Below are positions 26,831-35,689 of a stretch of 55,909 nucleotides of DNA, one piece after another. The DNA is taken from positions 1-55,909 of the IMG/VR virus record IMGVR_UViG_3300030106_002604. One strand, given 5' to 3'. Each line of letters opens with the position of its first letter. Within the stretch, counting starts at the first letter, position 1. A program made the position numbers and the translations under genes. Under the pieces are notes generated by a model. That model was given only the letters and a program-made list of their open reading frames with translations, did no database searches and was not told the origin of the DNA. The stretch is from a virus (taxonomy: Duplodnaviria > Caudoviricetes).

Positions 26831-27165
26831 AGAATTTAATCTACATATGTTTGTTCGCATTTATATCTCTTGGTATGAATATACCAGATTTGGGGGTATG
26901 TGTTGTTGAGTTTAACGCAAGCTTTAACTCTGCTAATAGTGTAGATTGGATTGACAAGTTGACCGACTGTGAAGGCAAGAGAGTAGACATAGCTGCTGAG
27001 CCAGCACTACAAAAAGAACATAAGATTGTTGTAGTTCCAACAGTCATTGTATTTAATGATGGGGAGGAGGTAGAAAGATTCCAAGCTAATATTATGATGG
27101 AACTTGAAGCTACACAAGATGAAGTTCAAGAAGCTGTCGATGAAATTATAATGAGTGATTTCTGA
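26827..27165 (+). CDS. Exported thioredoxin-fold protein lacking CxxC
   Basis: Hydrophobic leader; VVEFNASFN replaces FxAxWCxxC; VPT..VFNDGEEVERF. Confidence 0.75.
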   Translation: MKNLIYICLFAFISLGMNIPDLGVCVVEFNASFNSANSVDWIDKLTDCEGKRVDIAAEPALQKEHKIVVVPTVIVFNDGEEVERFQANIMMELEATQDEVQEAVDEIIMSDF

Positions 27166-27473
27166 TGGCAAAGAAGAAAGATCCAAGATTAGCAAGAGCA
27201 GGAGTAAGCGGCTACAACAGAGCTAAGCGTACTCCTAATCATCCTACTAAGTCTCATGTTGTTGTGGCTAAAGAGGGAGATAAAATTAAACTAATAAGGT
27301 TTGGACAACAGGGTAAAAAAGTGGGTCAGCTAAAAGGAACTGCAGGAAAAGCAAAGTCTGGTGAGTCTGCAAGAATGAAAGCTAAACGCAAATCATTTAA
27401 AGCAAGGCATCGTAAAAATATAGCAAGAGGTAAAATGTCTGCTGCATGGTGGGCAAATAAAGTAAAGTGGTAA
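27165..27473 (+). CDS. Small basic phage protein (DUF6321-like)
   Basis: KLIRFGQQG...RKSFKARH...SAAWWANKVKW. Confidence 0.75.
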   Translation: MAKKKDPRLARAGVSGYNRAKRTPNHPTKSHVVVAKEGDKIKLIRFGQQGKKVGQLKGTAGKAKSGESARMKAKRKSFKARHRKNIARGKMSAAWWANKVKW

Positions 27474-27682
27474 TGAAGGTATCTAAGTTTAAAAAGGGTG
27501 GTAAAAATGTAAAAAGCGGAAACTTTTCTGTTCTTAATAAATCTATGTCTATAGACCCGCCTAAAGGTTTTCACTGGATGGAAGAGTCTGGAAGATACTA
27601 CCTTATGAAAGGAGACTATCAACCACACGCAGGGGCTGTGGCAAAGGCTAAATTTAAAATGGCAGATCACCCAAAGAAATAA
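27473..27682 (+). CDS. Small basic protein
   Basis: MKVSKFKKGG...PPKGFHWM; ATG overlaps the upstream TAA. Confidence 0.7.
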   Translation: MKVSKFKKGGKNVKSGNFSVLNKSMSIDPPKGFHWMEESGRYYLMKGDYQPHAGAVAKAKFKMADHPKK

Positions 27683-27951
27683 TGGCTAAGTCACCAGCGC
27701 AACAAGCAGCAATAGCTATCGCTATGAAGAAAGCAGGCAAGAAACCTAAGTCTGCTAAGAAGGGTATGAAGTTCCCTAGCAAGTATACTGCAGGTAGCTC
27801 TAATGTTGGCAAGAGAAAAAAACTTATGACTGAAATAAGCAACATATATAAAAAGTATAGAGGCACTAAAGCGAAAAGAAAATCAAAAGGTTTTCCTCCA
27901 GCTGTTGCAGCTAGACTAAAACAGCTTATGAAGCAAAGAGATAAAATATAA
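27682..27951 (+). CDS. Small basic protein
   Basis: QQAAIAIAMKKAGKKPK. Confidence 0.7.
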   Translation: MAKSPAQQAAIAIAMKKAGKKPKSAKKGMKFPSKYTAGSSNVGKRKKLMTEISNIYKKYRGTKAKRKSKGFPPAVAARLKQLMKQRDKI

Positions 27952-27970
27952 ACTTTTTAAAACAATAACT

Positions 27971-28210
27971 ATGGACCACGGAAAAAAGAAAATGATGCAT
28001 GGCGGAAAGCACATGTATGGCGGTAAGATGAAAGTAAAGAAAATGATGAAAGGCGGTAAGATGATGGGCGCTGGATTACTAATGAAAAAAGATAAGCCTA
28101 TGTTTATGGCAGGAGGCAAAGTCTTTAAAGATGGAGGTAAGCTTATGGAAGCTTTACTTAAAAACCCAGAGCAAAGAGCTAGAGCGAAAAGAATACTTGG
28201 AATGAAATAA
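27971..28210 (+). CDS. Lys/Met/Gly-rich repeat protein
   Basis: Five xxGGK units. Confidence 0.7.
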   Translation: MDHGKKKMMHGGKHMYGGKMKVKKMMKGGKMMGAGLLMKKDKPMFMAGGKVFKDGGKLMEALLKNPEQRARAKRILGMK

Positions 28211-28431
28211 TGAAAGTCAAAAAGTTTAAAAAGGGCGGCAAAAAAGGCGGAGGAATGTCTGGCCTTGATGCCGCTCAAAAACAAGTATACAAGCGTGGCC
28301 TTGCTGCTTACATGAGTTCTGGAAACAGACCTAAAGTATCTCAGCATGCTTGGGCTATGGCTCGTGTGAAAAGTGACTTTGGTAGAAAGGAAGCTGCTAA
28401 GATCAGAGCTGGAAAAGGTAAAAAGAAATAA
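28210..28431 (+). CDS. Small basic protein (DUF5824-like)
   Basis: VYKRGLAAYMSSGNRP...WAMARV. Confidence 0.7.
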   Translation: MKVKKFKKGGKKGGGMSGLDAAQKQVYKRGLAAYMSSGNRPKVSQHAWAMARVKSDFGRKEAAKIRAGKGKKK

Positions 28432-28435
28432 TTCT

Positions 28436-28443
28436 TATATTTG
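28436..28443 (+). promoter_or_regulatory. -7 box TATATTTG heading the capsid operon
   Basis: Intergenic consensus. Confidence 0.55.
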
Positions 28444-28461
28444 CAGAAATAACTATAAATC

Positions 28462-28860
28462 ATGGCAACAACAACCGCAACATTAACTTTATCTAGTGCT
28501 GATTTAACAGGAGATGCTTTAGCATTAACTACAACAGCGACGCTAACAAAGGCTGGAACAGTTACTGGACTCGATCAGTTTACTGGTGTAGCTAGACAAA
28601 CATTTACTCAAAACACTATTCTTACTCTAATTGATAAAACTTTGTATGATGCTGATGGAGCTCACAAAGTTTACATTAGAAACACAAGCACAACTCCAAG
28701 TGAGAATATTATTGTAACGATAGAATCTCAAGCTTTAGGAAGGCTTTATGCTGGTGACTGGGTGTTACTACCTTTCAATGGTGAGCAGGATATTAAAATT
28801 ACTCCAAGCGTAAGCACAGCGATGACTATTGAGTACGCTGTAATTTATCAGCAAGTATAA
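28462..28860 (+). CDS. Putative virion structural protein
   Basis: Thr-rich beta protein; VYIRN motif. Confidence 0.7.
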   Translation: MATTTATLTLSSADLTGDALALTTTATLTKAGTVTGLDQFTGVARQTFTQNTILTLIDKTLYDADGAHKVYIRNTSTTPSENIIVTIESQALGRLYAGDWVLLPFNGEQDIKITPSVSTAMTIEYAVIYQQV

Positions 28861-29267
28861 TGGCTACACTCACTGTTGGTTTAAATATAAACTCTCTTGA
28901 TGTATTAAGCACTACGCTTGACTTGTCTTTACAGAAAAGCATAACTGTAGATAGCGGAAACATTATAAGAGCTAAAGTAAAAGGTACAGCAAAGGACACT
29001 AATGACCTAGCTGTATACATAGAAAATCAATGCAGTGAAAGAGCTTATCTTTATCTCAAAAACTTATCTGAAGATTTAGAAGACTACATTTATATACATA
29101 ACGATACTGACACTGGAGAAGTTGCCAAAGTAGGTGGGGGTGAATTTTTATTCCTACCTTTAAATCCAACTAAGAAGTATGAAGCTTATGGAACAAAAGT
29201 TGATCAGCTTATAGAGTATGCTGTATTTGGAAATGATGATTCTACTAATCAATACGGAGGGTCTTAA
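28860..29267 (+). CDS. Putative virion structural protein
   Basis: YLYLKN motif; paralog-like of 28462. Confidence 0.7.
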   Translation: MATLTVGLNINSLDVLSTTLDLSLQKSITVDSGNIIRAKVKGTAKDTNDLAVYIENQCSERAYLYLKNLSEDLEDYIYIHNDTDTGEVAKVGGGEFLFLPLNPTKKYEAYGTKVDQLIEYAVFGNDDSTNQYGGS

Positions 29268-29277
29268 TAAATAAAAC

Positions 29278-29655
29278 ATGAACTTACACAATCAATTACC
29301 AAGTAATATATATGTTATTAGTGCAACAACTACTGACGTAAGTGCTACTCCTATAAGAGGAAAGTTTTTTGCAATTAACTGCACGGTGGCTGGAACTGTT
29401 AAAGTAAAGGGTGGTGGTGTATTTCAATATGTAGACGTAAGTGATGCAACTGACGTTCATACAAACTTTATTGATGCAGACACTGGATTAGCTTACACTG
29501 CAGATAGCGACATGAATAGTGACGGTGATGGTTTTTTTCAGACTGTAAGTGGTACTGAAGTTGACCTACCTATGATTGCTGGTCAAACTATATACGGAAG
29601 ATTCGATAGCCTAAAGAGTGATGGAACATTCACTGGCTTTGCGTATGCTGGATAA
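29278..29655 (+). CDS. Putative virion structural protein
   Basis: AGQTIYGRF C-terminal motif; capsid operon. Confidence 0.65.
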   Translation: MNLHNQLPSNIYVISATTTDVSATPIRGKFFAINCTVAGTVKVKGGGVFQYVDVSDATDVHTNFIDADTGLAYTADSDMNSDGDGFFQTVSGTEVDLPMIAGQTIYGRFDSLKSDGTFTGFAYAG

Positions 29656-29676
29656 TAAAATAATAATTAAAATATA

Positions 29677-30780
29677 ATGGAAGAAAAAGACACTATTGCG
29701 GGTTTCAAAGTATTTGACAACCCCCAAGACTTAGCTGCGTCTATGAACGCACAAGAAGAGAACACAACAAGCGAGGCTCCAGCACAGGAGTCTCAACCTG
29801 TTCAAGAGCCTGTTCAATCTGAACCAACTGTAGAACCTCAATCAGAGCCTACATATACAGAAGAACAGCCTCAAGTAAATACTAATGATCAACAGCAAGT
29901 TGTTCAACAAGATACTGTTGAATATTCTGATGAAGATGTTGAGGGAGCCGTGTTTCAATATTTAAGCGAGAGGCTTGGTAGAGACATAAATTCTTTAGAT
30001 GCTTTTTCAGAACCTCAACAAACCGCTCTCGATGAGAGGGTTGAAGCAATCTCTAGGTTCGTACAAGAAACTGGTAGAGCTCCACAAGACTGGTTTACAT
30101 ACCAGCAGTTAAACACAGCCGAGATGGATGATATGACTGCTATTCGTGTAGATATGGCTGGGCAATACCCTGATCTTTCTAGAGAAGAACTTGACCTTTT
30201 AATTGGAAGCAAATACAAGCTTGATAGAGATCTTCACAGCGAAGAAGAAATCAAGTTGTCTACATTACAAATGAAAATTGATGCTCAATCTGCTAAAGAA
30301 AATATAGAAGAACTGAGACAGGACTTCCAAGCACCAGAGTATGAGAATTCAGGAGTACAAGACATAATAGATGATCAGTGGGTAGCTGAGATGTCAAACG
30401 AAGTTAACCAAATGGAAGGGTTAGAATTTGACCTAGGCAATGGTAAAAGCTTTACGTATGGTATTGATGATAACTACAGATCTCATCTAATTGAAAAAAA
30501 CACTCAGTTAGAAAATTATTTTGATCCTTACGTCCGTGATGACGGTAGTTGGGATTATGATAAGCTGTCATCTCACCGCACCGTTGTTGACAACATTGAT
30601 AAGATTGTTTCGTCTGCTTACAGACAAGGAATCAGCGATGGTCAAAGAGGTGTAGTTAGTAATGCAGCAAACATATCATCTGGGACACCGCAACAGGCTC
30701 CTCAATCAGAGAATCCTCTGCAGTCTCAAATGAAAAATATTTTACGAGGTAATAACTCAAAACTAACTTTTAAAATCTAA
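29677..30780 (+). CDS. Putative scaffolding protein
   Basis: Acidic, P/E/Q-rich N-terminus; directly before MCP. Confidence 0.65.
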   Translation: MEEKDTIAGFKVFDNPQDLAASMNAQEENTTSEAPAQESQPVQEPVQSEPTVEPQSEPTYTEEQPQVNTNDQQQVVQQDTVEYSDEDVEGAVFQYLSERLGRDINSLDAFSEPQQTALDERVEAISRFVQETGRAPQDWFTYQQLNTAEMDDMTAIRVDMAGQYPDLSREELDLLIGSKYKLDRDLHSEEEIKLSTLQMKIDAQSAKENIEELRQDFQAPEYENSGVQDIIDDQWVAEMSNEVNQMEGLEFDLGNGKSFTYGIDDNYRSHLIEKNTQLENYFDPYVRDDGSWDYDKLSSHRTVVDNIDKIVSSAYRQGISDGQRGVVSNAANISSGTPQQAPQSENPLQSQMKNILRGNNSKLTFKI

Positions 30781-30792
30781 AACTAGAAAACA

Positions 30793-32202
30793 ATGGCTAC
30801 TATTGCTGCGGCGGCAGGTGGTGTGGACGGAGCTCCAGCTAACTTGCGATTAACGCCCGAAACTTATACAACTATTGGTACTCTACTAGACCATAACAAG
30901 GATTTTGTAATCCCTGAATTAGTAGAAGTATACGGTGATCAAGGTATCACAGGTATGCTTAAAATGACAGGTGCTATCAACTCTGGTGGTACTTCTGACG
31001 AAGTACGTTACCACGAGGTAGGCCGTCGTCACAGACTTGTAACTGGTGTTACTGACAGTGCTGATGACGATCAAATTACTCTTTCTGTTACTGCTGATTC
31101 AACTGATGGTACTGCTATCGGTCCTAACGATGTGGTTATGGATAGTGCTAACGGTCAGCGCTTCGTTGTTATCTCTGCAGATGGATCTCCAACTGCTGCT
31201 GATGACTACGTATTAATGACTCTTGATGGTGCAGCTGCATCTAACAACTCTACTTCACGTAGCTTTATCGTACTTGGAAACATGTACGGACAAGGTACTG
31301 AGCAGCCAACTCACTTCACTGATGCTGACATTGTTAAGCGTCAGAATCCATTTATGATTGTTAAGGATCGTTTCCAAGTAAACGGATCTCAAGCAACTAA
31401 CATTGGATGGGTTGACATAGGCGGAGGAGAGTTCCGTTGGTTCATGTACGGTGAGCAAGAGGCTCGTAAGCGCTTCGAGGATCGTCGTGAAATGATGATG
31501 CTATTTGCTCAAACAGGAAACGATAACAACAACACTCAAGCTACTTCTGCTATCTACAACGGTAACGCACAGGCGCACGGTGTAGGTTCAGAAGGTTATG
31601 TTTCTGCTGTTGAGAACAGAGGTATCGTTGTTTCTAACGCTAACGCTAACCCACTTGATTCATTTGCTGAGTTGGATGATATCATTCTTGAGTTAGATAA
31701 GAACGGTGCTGTTCCTGAGTACGCTATGTACTTAAATAGAAAGCAGGACCTAGCTATCGACGACATGCTTGCTTCAGGTGTTTCTACTGGTGTTACTGCT
31801 GGTCTAAGTGGACAGTTTGGTGCATTTAACAATGACGCTGATATGGCTGTGAAGCTTGGATTTAAGTCGTTCACTCGTGGTGGATACACTTTCCACAAGC
31901 ATGACTGGAAGCTTCTAAACGATCCAACTCTTCTTGGTGCTACTAATTTCTTACAAGGAGCTATGGTTCCTCTTACACAAGTTGCAGACCCTAAGACAGG
32001 ATATAAGTCTCCTGCTTTATCTATGTACTACAAAGAGGCTAACGGATACTCTCGTGAGATGGAGCACTGGGTAAGTGGTGGTGGAGTCTTAGGACACACT
32101 AACAACGGTGACGCTGGTCGTGACGTTGCTACGTTCCACTACCGTTCAGAGATTTGTCTTGTAACTCGTGCTGCTAACCAACACGTTCTTATCAAAGGAT
32201 AA
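30793..32202 (+). CDS. Major capsid protein
   Basis: 469 aa after scaffold; strong codon bias; LGFKSFTRGGYTFHKHDWKLLND. Confidence 0.85.
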   Translation: MATIAAAAGGVDGAPANLRLTPETYTTIGTLLDHNKDFVIPELVEVYGDQGITGMLKMTGAINSGGTSDEVRYHEVGRRHRLVTGVTDSADDDQITLSVTADSTDGTAIGPNDVVMDSANGQRFVVISADGSPTAADDYVLMTLDGAAASNNSTSRSFIVLGNMYGQGTEQPTHFTDADIVKRQNPFMIVKDRFQVNGSQATNIGWVDIGGGEFRWFMYGEQEARKRFEDRREMMMLFAQTGNDNNNTQATSAIYNGNAQAHGVGSEGYVSAVENRGIVVSNANANPLDSFAELDDIILELDKNGAVPEYAMYLNRKQDLAIDDMLASGVSTGVTAGLSGQFGAFNNDADMAVKLGFKSFTRGGYTFHKHDWKLLNDPTLLGATNFLQGAMVPLTQVADPKTGYKSPALSMYYKEANGYSREMEHWVSGGGVLGHTNNGDAGRDVATFHYRSEICLVTRAANQHVLIKG

Positions 32203-32229
32203 TATTAATCTTATAAACAATTAGAAATT

Positions 32230-32625
32230 ATGGCTTTAAAAGGAGAAAAATACTTATACTTTAGAACAGTTACAGCTGCAGGCGATGACGATCAGGGTCA
32301 AGACTCTGTTTGCTACCCATTAAGCAAGTTTGTTGGATTTGAAATGGGTTCATTCGGCGATGCTGATGCAACTGCAGATGAAGATTTGTTTACTATGGTT
32401 TTTGAATCTCTACACAATAACACTGCTGGAGATGATGCAAACTATGACACTATTGCTATTAACATTACAACAGACAACAATGCTAAAGCTGTTTGGCAAG
32501 GTTTGATTGAAGCTTTCAATTTAAGCAAGCAATCTTTCCTAGTTGTAGGTGATGATGTTACTGGTGAATACTTACATTCTGATATTGAATCTGTTGGTGC
32601 AATTACATTGGTTGACGCAGGATAA
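32230..32625 (+). CDS. Putative auxiliary capsid protein
   Basis: Follows MCP, before a terminator. Confidence 0.6.
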   Translation: MALKGEKYLYFRTVTAAGDDDQGQDSVCYPLSKFVGFEMGSFGDADATADEDLFTMVFESLHNNTAGDDANYDTIAINITTDNNAKAVWQGLIEAFNLSKQSFLVVGDDVTGEYLHSDIESVGAITLVDAG

Positions 32626-32645
32626 TATATCTTACACTACACAAG

Positions 32646-32668
32646 AAAGGGGCTTCGGCCCCTTTTTT
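32646..32668 (+). terminator. Intrinsic terminator
   Basis: AAAGGGGC-TTCG-GCCCCTTT plus T-run. Confidence 0.9.
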
Positions 32669-32677
32669 ATTTGTTCG

Positions 32678-32685
32678 TATATTTG
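32678..32685 (+). promoter_or_regulatory. -7 box TATATTTG
   Basis: Immediately after the terminator. Confidence 0.55.
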
Positions 32686-32701
32686 TGCGTAATTTAGTAC
32701 A

Positions 32702-34009
32702 ATGAAAAAGTTTTTTTTATTCAATAGAGAGTCTTTAAAAAAGACTAGCTCTAGAGCTTCTGATACAGGAGTTGGTCTTAGCACTTTTGCTGTGCCTGCA
32801 GACAACCTATCTTTTATTACAGCAGCTAAAGGAGCTATAAATATTACATTTAGTAATACATCTTTATATGAAGATCACAACCTTTTAGAAGGTGAAGCTA
32901 TAGAAAAGACTAACGTAACAGTATCATGCAACGAAGGTGAAGAGGTTGCATTTATCGAAAACATTCTTTCATTTATTGTTGCTGATAATGCAGCTAGTAT
33001 TATGCGTTTTGATGCGTCAACTGGAAAGTCTTCATTTGATAAGGCTGTCTTGGTTTCTCCTACTGATATACTTGCAAAAGTAAAAACAACTCCAACAGTT
33101 ATGACTACTGGAGAAAGGAGTAAAGGAACAGACTCCACTGAGTTTCAACGATCTATAGGAGATATATTTTTTGGAGAAAACTTACCTACCTTAGATTTTA
33201 ATCATGAGGGTTTAAGTATATACTCAAATAATGATGAAGTAACTTCTTGGAATAACGCAGGGACAAAAGGAGTAACTCACTCTATTGCAGCAAATGTAGG
33301 GGATCCAAGAATGAAGGTTTCTGCTGCAGCAACAGGATTAGCTAAATCTTCTGTACTTATTAGTCTTGATGATTATTTTGTAATTCCTAATTCATTTACA
33401 GCTAAAGAAGATTACACTTTATATGTAGCTTATAAACCATCACCATCGAGTTTCGGTCAGGGAGTTCTTTATGGTGATGATGACGGAGAGACTGTTGGTT
33501 TTTGTTTTGGCAAAACTGTTGAAGACGAAGTAACTGCAGGTATTGGAAAAGCGGCAATGGCAAAAAGCACGTTTAAAGTTCGTCACGATGGTAGAACTGG
33601 AGAAATAGCTTCAGTTAGAACTGATAATGTAAATGAAGATACAATTAGTTACGTATTCCCAGAGAATGCAGATAACAATTCTACCGATGAAACATGTCAT
33701 GTGTTTGTTATACGTAGAGATAAATCTTCTAATATGTACTTACATAACAGATCTGGAGAGCTGGTTGCATTTATCAAGGGGTTTGATATCTCTCAAACTG
33801 CTGGAGGCAAACAAACTGGTGCAGCCAGAATGACTGACGGAGATCTTCTAATTCAACAGCTTGGTAGTGCTAATGAAATGGTTGCAACTTCTGGAACAAA
33901 CTTAAGCTTTAAAGGTCATCTAGCTAGATTTGGAGTAATAGAAAAAGATATTGGACCTGCTGCAGCTTCACAGCTAGCACAGGATCTTTTTAAGTTATAT
34001 AATTTTTAA
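32702..34009 (+). CDS. Structural protein with C-terminal LamG-like domain
   Basis: WNNAG...YTLYVAY...FKGHLARFGV pattern; N-terminus resembles the 32230 ORF. Confidence 0.6.
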   Translation: MKKFFLFNRESLKKTSSRASDTGVGLSTFAVPADNLSFITAAKGAINITFSNTSLYEDHNLLEGEAIEKTNVTVSCNEGEEVAFIENILSFIVADNAASIMRFDASTGKSSFDKAVLVSPTDILAKVKTTPTVMTTGERSKGTDSTEFQRSIGDIFFGENLPTLDFNHEGLSIYSNNDEVTSWNNAGTKGVTHSIAANVGDPRMKVSAAATGLAKSSVLISLDDYFVIPNSFTAKEDYTLYVAYKPSPSSFGQGVLYGDDDGETVGFCFGKTVEDEVTAGIGKAAMAKSTFKVRHDGRTGEIASVRTDNVNEDTISYVFPENADNNSTDETCHVFVIRRDKSSNMYLHNRSGELVAFIKGFDISQTAGGKQTGAARMTDGDLLIQQLGSANEMVATSGTNLSFKGHLARFGVIEKDIGPAAASQLAQDLFKLYNF

Positions 34010-34020
34010 TTTATTTTAAT

Positions 34021-34878
34021 ATGGAACAAAAAACAAGAAGGGCTCCTGAGCGCCCTACAACTACTGAGTCTGTTGTAGCAGAACCAGTGGTAGCTAAGGA
34101 AACAGTGGTAGAGGTGTCAAAGCCTAAATCAAAAAAAAGAACGATTAAAAGATCGGAAGAAAAGCTTACACACTCTGAGTATGAAATTATTAGAGGTGGA
34201 GGCATTGTATTTATGTTACCTCAAAAAGGTGTAACTATATACGACTCTGAAAAGGATTCTGTAAGAGAGATAAGGTACTGCCCTAACGAGCCGTCTATAT
34301 TTGTTGATGAACAAAGCAACAATGCCTTAAAACAAACTGTAGCTTTTAGAGACGGTAGATTGTTTGTACCAAAAGAAAAGCCAAATCTTAGAAAGTTTTT
34401 AGAGCTTCACCCTGCTAATCAGGCTAATGGAGGTAGCACATTTAGAGTCGTTGACAAAAGAAAAGAAGCAACTGTAGAACTAGAAAAAGAGTTCTTAGTT
34501 TCAGACGCTGTGTCTATCGTAAGAGATAGAGAGATCAATGATCTTCTTCCTATAGCTATGTACTTTGGTGTAAACATAAACTCTCCAGTATCAGAGATTA
34601 GGTACAATCTATTAAGGATTGCAAAGTCTAAGGCTAAAGAATTTTTAGAGTGTCTTGATTCACCTCAAGTTGCTTGTAGATCTACAATTCAACAAGCAAA
34701 AGATTATCAGATACTAAAGATGAAGTCTGACGGAGTATACTGGCATGATTCTAATAAGCTTATAGTGTCTGTTGCTGTAGGGCAAAACGCTCTTGACACC
34801 ATGATTAGATTCTGTTTAACAGAGAAGGGAGCATCCACCCTTTCTCTTATAGAAGAACGACTAGATAAACTGTCATAA
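34021..34878 (+). CDS. Conserved virion-module protein (285 aa)
   Basis: REIRYCPNEPSIFVDEQ...FLELHPAN motif of crAss-like structural genes. Confidence 0.65.
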   Translation: MEQKTRRAPERPTTTESVVAEPVVAKETVVEVSKPKSKKRTIKRSEEKLTHSEYEIIRGGGIVFMLPQKGVTIYDSEKDSVREIRYCPNEPSIFVDEQSNNALKQTVAFRDGRLFVPKEKPNLRKFLELHPANQANGGSTFRVVDKRKEATVELEKEFLVSDAVSIVRDREINDLLPIAMYFGVNINSPVSEIRYNLLRIAKSKAKEFLECLDSPQVACRSTIQQAKDYQILKMKSDGVYWHDSNKLIVSVAVGQNALDTMIRFCLTEKGASTLSLIEERLDKLS

Positions 34879-34910
34879 AGAAAGGCCCTGAAAGGGGCCT
34901 TTTTTCTTTT
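34879..34910 (+). terminator. Intrinsic terminator
   Basis: AAAGGCCC...GGGCCTTT plus T-run. Confidence 0.85.
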
Positions 34911-34912
34911 TG

Positions 34913-34920
34913 TATATTTG
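34913..34920 (+). promoter_or_regulatory. -7 box TATATTTG
   Basis: After terminator, 4 nt before ATG 34925. Confidence 0.6.
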
Positions 34921-34924
34921 TATT

Positions 34925-35689
34925 ATGATCAGCGTAATAGAAGTATATAATACAGTAAGGGATCTTTGTAACAAAGACCAAAAGGGTTTCGTAACGCCCA
35001 ACGTATTTAACTCTTTTGCAGAGGTAGCACAACAAAACATTTTTTCTGAAATGTTTAAAGAGCTTGTAGCTGCTAAACAACTAAGAAGATCTAACTTTGA
35101 TTCTGAGGGTAAAGACTCTATATACAGAGGAGTGCAAGATGACCTATCTAATTTTGTAGAGCAAGATGTTGTTAACTCAACTTCTTTAGGTCAAACATTT
35201 GCCGACTCAAAGGTATTTAAAAGACCAGACAATACTGCAAGAATTATCTCTATTGTAGTTAATGACTCAGACAGGACTCCAGTTGAACTAATCTTTGATA
35301 CTGATAAGATTACACACATACTTAATAGTAAGCTGTCTGCTCCTACTGCTAGCTACCCTGTAGCTTTAGTGTCTAGACTTATCGAGATATTCCCTACAGA
35401 TATAGATAGTGTGGTTGTTAATTACTACAGACAGCCTGCTGGGCTTTACATAGCATCAATAGGAGGTTTTAGCAGTGGTGATGTAGATAGAGATTCTGGC
35501 CCTAGAATAGTAGCTCAGTCTAACGACATATCTGGATTTATTATACCAGACGTTTTGGCTAGTAGAAACTTCGAGTTACCTGAGCATTATAAAAATGAAC
35601 TTATATCTGAGATTGCTAAAATGATTGGAATTAGATTAAGAGATGATTTTCTAACCAAGTATAGCCTCACACAAACAACTAACGAATAA
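34925..35689 (+). CDS. Tail ring / head-tail connector protein
   Basis: NKDQKGFVTP..FN..A..AQ; YYRQP; FELPEH. Confidence 0.7.
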   Translation: MISVIEVYNTVRDLCNKDQKGFVTPNVFNSFAEVAQQNIFSEMFKELVAAKQLRRSNFDSEGKDSIYRGVQDDLSNFVEQDVVNSTSLGQTFADSKVFKRPDNTARIISIVVNDSDRTPVELIFDTDKITHILNSKLSAPTASYPVALVSRLIEIFPTDIDSVVVNYYRQPAGLYIASIGGFSSGDVDRDSGPRIVAQSNDISGFIIPDVLASRNFELPEHYKNELISEIAKMIGIRLRDDFLTKYSLTQTTNE

